Positions 61,055-64,000 of a DNA stretch of 64,000 bases are shown piece after piece (position 1 is the first letter of the stretch; each line of letters starts with the position of its first letter). The DNA is taken from the NCBI GenBank assembly GCA_051859245.1, contig JBHYGA010000005.1, forward strand, positions 224,001-288,000, written 5' to 3'. The position numbers and the translations under genes were made by a program. The DNA comes from Gemmatimonadaceae bacterium (GTDB lineage: Bacteria; Gemmatimonadota; Gemmatimonadetes; Gemmatimonadales; Gemmatimonadaceae). A model generated the notes under the pieces. That model saw only the letters and a program-made list of their open reading frames with translations. It was not told the origin of the DNA and made no database searches.

Positions 61055-63999
61055 TGCTGTACCGACCGATCCGAAGGTGAAGCTACCGACAACTTCAACG
61101 CTTCAAAATGTCGGGCGGCCGCGGCGTTGAATGGAACCGCCGGTCGCTGCTCCCTCGCCTCGCGCAGCATCTCGCGTGCCGTCTCGCGATCGCCGGCCAT
61201 CCAAAGCACCAGCGCACGCGTTGTACGATCGGGGGTTGTTCGCAACGAGTCTGCTTCGTCAAGGCGCGCGAGCGCGCTCTTGGCATCGCCGAGATCCAGC
61301 TGCACGAGTACCTGCAGCGAGAGCAGCGATGCTCGGGCCGCGCTCTCATCCGTGCCAGCACGAGCGAACGCTGCGCTGAGATGCTCCTGAGCGCTGTCCA
61401 TATTGCCAAGTGTGTACGCGATGCGTGCGAGACCAAGGAGCGGCCGCATGCGATCGGGCGCAAGATCGCGCGCAGCCTGCCAAAGTGCGCTGGCAAGGGC
61501 GAGGTTGCCATCAAACTCCTGGGCCGCTGCCCGAGTCTCAAAGCGAAGGCTGACCTCGGATGAAGGATAGCGCCATGAGTTGCTGCGCATCGCATCACGA
61601 TACAGTCGAACCGCGTCCGCCACGCGCCCTTGTTCTGCGCGCAACTCGGCAAGCTCAGCAAGTGCACGAACATGCAGCGGGTCCATCAGCGCGACGCGCT
61701 CGTACGCGGCAGCGGCACGATCATACTCCCCGGAAGCATACAGATATCGAGCGTAGTGCAGCGCAGGGATCGGGTTCCCGTTGAATAGTCCGATCGCCTC
61801 TTCAAACAACGACGCGGCCTCAGCAGCTCGACGCTGTTCTCCAAGCAGCTCCGCGAGTCCGATACGCGCCCAATAGTGACGAGAATCGCGCTGAATGGCC
61901 TCGCGGTACCATCGCTCCGCATCCGACGTGCGGTCGCTGTTCTCGTAGAAAACAGCAAGCTGATACGCAGGCTCACCCAGCGTGTGCATCGCAGAGTCGG
62001 CTGCGATCAGAAGTCGCTCGCCTTCACGCTCGCGGCCAGTTGACCGCAAAAGTTCAGCAAGGTTCCAGTATGCATCGCTGTTCAGTGGGTCGAGCGCAAT
62101 CGCACTACGAAAGTCTCGCTCTGCGCGCTCGGCGTTCGTGTTCACCCAGATTTCGCCAAGATCGTTGCGCGTTCGAGAGTCAAACGGATCCAACTGCGCC
62201 GCGCGTTCGAGGGACTCGGTAGCGCCCGCGCCGTCTTTGCGCTCGAGCAGTGCGAGACCCCGTTGATAGTGCGTCACAGGGTTTGTTGAGTCCATTCCAA
62301 GTGCTAACGTCAACAAAGAATCTGCTTCGTTGAGCCGTTCCTGATTGATCGCAACGGCGGCCAGGTTTGTCAGGTAGAGTGGGTTCTGTAGCCGCTCCCA
62401 CGCGCTTGCGAAGTCGCGCCGCGCGTCCGTGTACCGGTCCATTTCCATGAAGAGAACGCCGCGATTGTTGTACGCCGCGCCACTGCCCGGGTGCAGCGTC
62501 AGCAGCTGTGCGTAAGCGTCAAGCGCTTCCTGCTGCAAGCCCTGATCTCGAAACAAATCTGCGCGTAGCTTGTGCGCATACTCCCATCGAGGCGCCAGCT
62601 CCAACGCCCTGTCGGAGGAACGCTGCGCCGACGCGTAATCCCCTTTTGCCGCAAAGAGTGCAGCGAGTGCGGCGTGTATCGGAGCGGCGCCTGAATCTGC
62701 TTTGAGCGATTCGTTCAGCATTCGCTCGGCTTCGTCAAAGCGGCTCAAGTCCCGTTCGCGAACAATCGCAAACGCCTTCATGAACTGCTCACGCGCCACG
62801 AGGTCATCAAAAACAACGCGCTCACTTCCACGCAATCGTCGTGCGAACTCAAGCGCCCGGCCTGCTGCGCGAAACTCGGAGGCCTGCGGGTAGTCGCTCA
62901 CGCCGCGAAGGAAACGACGTGCCGGTTCCTCGGCGGACTCCCGAAGCGCAACAGCCAAGGTTCCGCGTACGCGACGGACTAGTGCTGCATCATTCACGTT
63001 TGTCGAGTCCAAACGCATGACGATTTGCTCTTGAAGCACCCACGCACTCGGCTCAGCGATGCTGCCGAGCTCCGGCTCCAGCAAGCGAGTCTGAGCGATG
63101 GCACTCTGGAACTCGTTCAGAAGTCGATTGACGGCGGTGTCACGGACAACCGATGGCAAAGTGACCGAGTCGGTGCTCCGCCCACCTAGGTCTACCGTCT
63201 CGGTGTTTCGCGAACGCATCGCTCGCACGGCCAGCAGGGCTTCCGCGCGAGGGCGCGAGACCGAAAAAAGCACTGCTCTCGGCCTCGATGAGAATGCCAG
63301 AGGAGTTTGGTAGGCGTTTGGGTATGCGCGCTCAGTCGATGCACTGACGGAGTCCATCACGTAGCGATTTACTTCATCGAAAGTCACTGAAGCACTCGAA
63401 TCAACGTCGGCAAGCCCGTGAAGTGCCTCGATCAGGTAGTATGTGAACGCCCCGTGACCCCCGCCCCATATCGCATTTTCGTAAGAAAGCTGCTCTCCCG
63501 TGCTGGAAAGCATCTTGTTGACTTCCGGCCACTGACCCAAACGCGTTAGAGTGGCTTGAGCTCCCTCGCGAGTGTCGGCTACAGCGCCAGCCCGACACGC
63601 ATCAATCATGATGATGAGTTCGCCCCCACCATTCTGCTTTAAATACAGTTCCGCTTCTTGCGCGAGGAGCCTGGGATTTATCGCGTCATTCGAAAAGCTA
63701 TAGATGCCCCGAGTCGCTTGCGTCAGCAACAGGTACGCGTCGCTGATATCACCCGAAGCGCCAATGCGTTGGACGTCTCCGTGCCCCGCAAAGTAAAAGA
63801 AAAGCCGGTCCCCAGGTTTTGTTTGACTCGCTCTGGTCATCAACGCTTGCCCAACCGTGTCTCGCCTTGCTTTCTCGTTGAGAAAGAGATCTACATTCGC
63901 AGGGTCGAGACCTCCGCCCTTAGGGCTAACTAGGAACTCGTGCAACGCCTCGGCATCATTGTCTGCGAATTGCAGAGACGCGAGACTCGTATACTTGGA
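61051..63999 (-). CDS. Caspase-family (peptidase C14) domain plus long TPR array; 5' end lies beyond the window
   Basis: Frame stays open to the window edge (SKYTSLASLQFADNDAEAL); FYFAGHG, IDACRAG, GGGHGAFTYYL.EAL.G.AD; many TPRs (AYNNRG, YQRG, NDLG, YWNLA). Confidence 0.9.
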   Translation of the reverse strand, partial: SKYTSLASLQFADNDAEALHEFLVSPKGGGLDPANVDLFLNEKARRDTVGQALMTRASQTKPGDRLFFYFAGHGDVQRIGASGDISDAYLLLTQATRGIYSFSNDAINPRLLAQEAELYLKQNGGGELIIMIDACRAGAVADTREGAQATLTRLGQWPEVNKMLSSTGEQLSYENAIWGGGHGAFTYYLIEALHGLADVDSSASVTFDEVNRYVMDSVSASTERAYPNAYQTPLAFSSRPRAVLFSVSRPRAEALLAVRAMRSRNTETVDLGGRSTDSVTLPSVVRDTAVNRLLNEFQSAIAQTRLLEPELGSIAEPSAWVLQEQIVMRLDSTNVNDAALVRRVRGTLAVALRESAEEPARRFLRGVSDYPQASEFRAAGRALEFARRLRGSERVVFDDLVAREQFMKAFAIVRERDLSRFDEAERMLNESLKADSGAAPIHAALAALFAAKGDYASAQRSSDRALELAPRWEYAHKLRADLFRDQGLQQEALDAYAQLLTLHPGSGAAYNNRGVLFMEMDRYTDARRDFASAWERLQNPLYLTNLAAVAINQERLNEADSLLTLALGMDSTNPVTHYQRGLALLERKDGAGATESLERAAQLDPFDSRTRNDLGEIWVNTNAERAERDFRSAIALDPLNSDAYWNLAELLRSTGREREGERLLIAADSAMHTLGEPAYQLAVFYENSDRTSDAERWYREAIQRDSRHYWARIGLAELLGEQRRAAEAASLFEEAIGLFNGNPIPALHYARYLYASGEYDRAAAAYERVALMDPLHVRALAELAELRAEQGRVADAVRLYRDAMRSNSWRYPSSEVSLRFETRAAAQEFDGNLALASALWQAARDLAPDRMRPLLGLARIAYTLGNMDSAQEHLSAAFARAGTDESAARASLLSLQVLVQLDLGDAKSALARLDEADSLRTTPDRTTRALVLWMAGDRETAREMLREAREQRPAVPFNAAAARHFEALKLSVASPSDRSVQQ

Positions 64000-64000
64000 G

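Overview
GC-rich bacterial chromosome segment. Gene content suggests Gemmatimonadota (inference only). It has five blocks. (1) 191-14047, core genes: a peptidoglycan-recycling operon (murQ-anmK-nagZ), a membrane PP2C phosphatase, an amidase, a gluzincin/beta-propeller/Omp85-like protein, a gamma-carbonic-anhydrase-like protein and class II ribonucleotide reductase nrdJ. (2) 14249-26373, an accessory/defence island starting right after the nrdJ hairpin: NYN RNase plus a DUF262 protein with an RxxxxH (HEPN-like) motif, IS3 and IS30 scars, a P450, an esterase, a decapitated higB with intact higA, a SauUSI-like PLD-helicase-DUF3427 nuclease followed by a relic second DUF3427 tail, and an APH(3')-like gene. 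(3) 26800-39555, a Wzx/Wzy-type exopolysaccharide cluster. (4) 39860-42924, a PadR regulator and duplicated permease. (5) 42978-64000, a block of mostly exported proteins: ECF sigma, membrane anti-sigma, TPR-CHAT protease, a PEP-CTERM protein, two caspase-family proteases, an M48 peptidase and a toxin-less YD-repeat protein. The best candidate for an undescribed system is the ECF/anti-sigma/CHAT module. Three copies of an ECF-like promoter motif with identical spacing, G(A/C)GAA(A/C)(A/T)-N10-TGTCC(A/G/T)TCT, lie upstream of three local genes and suggest a protease-triggered regulon. No rRNA, tRNA or CRISPR array was recognised. All family calls come from motifs read by eye; no database was searched.
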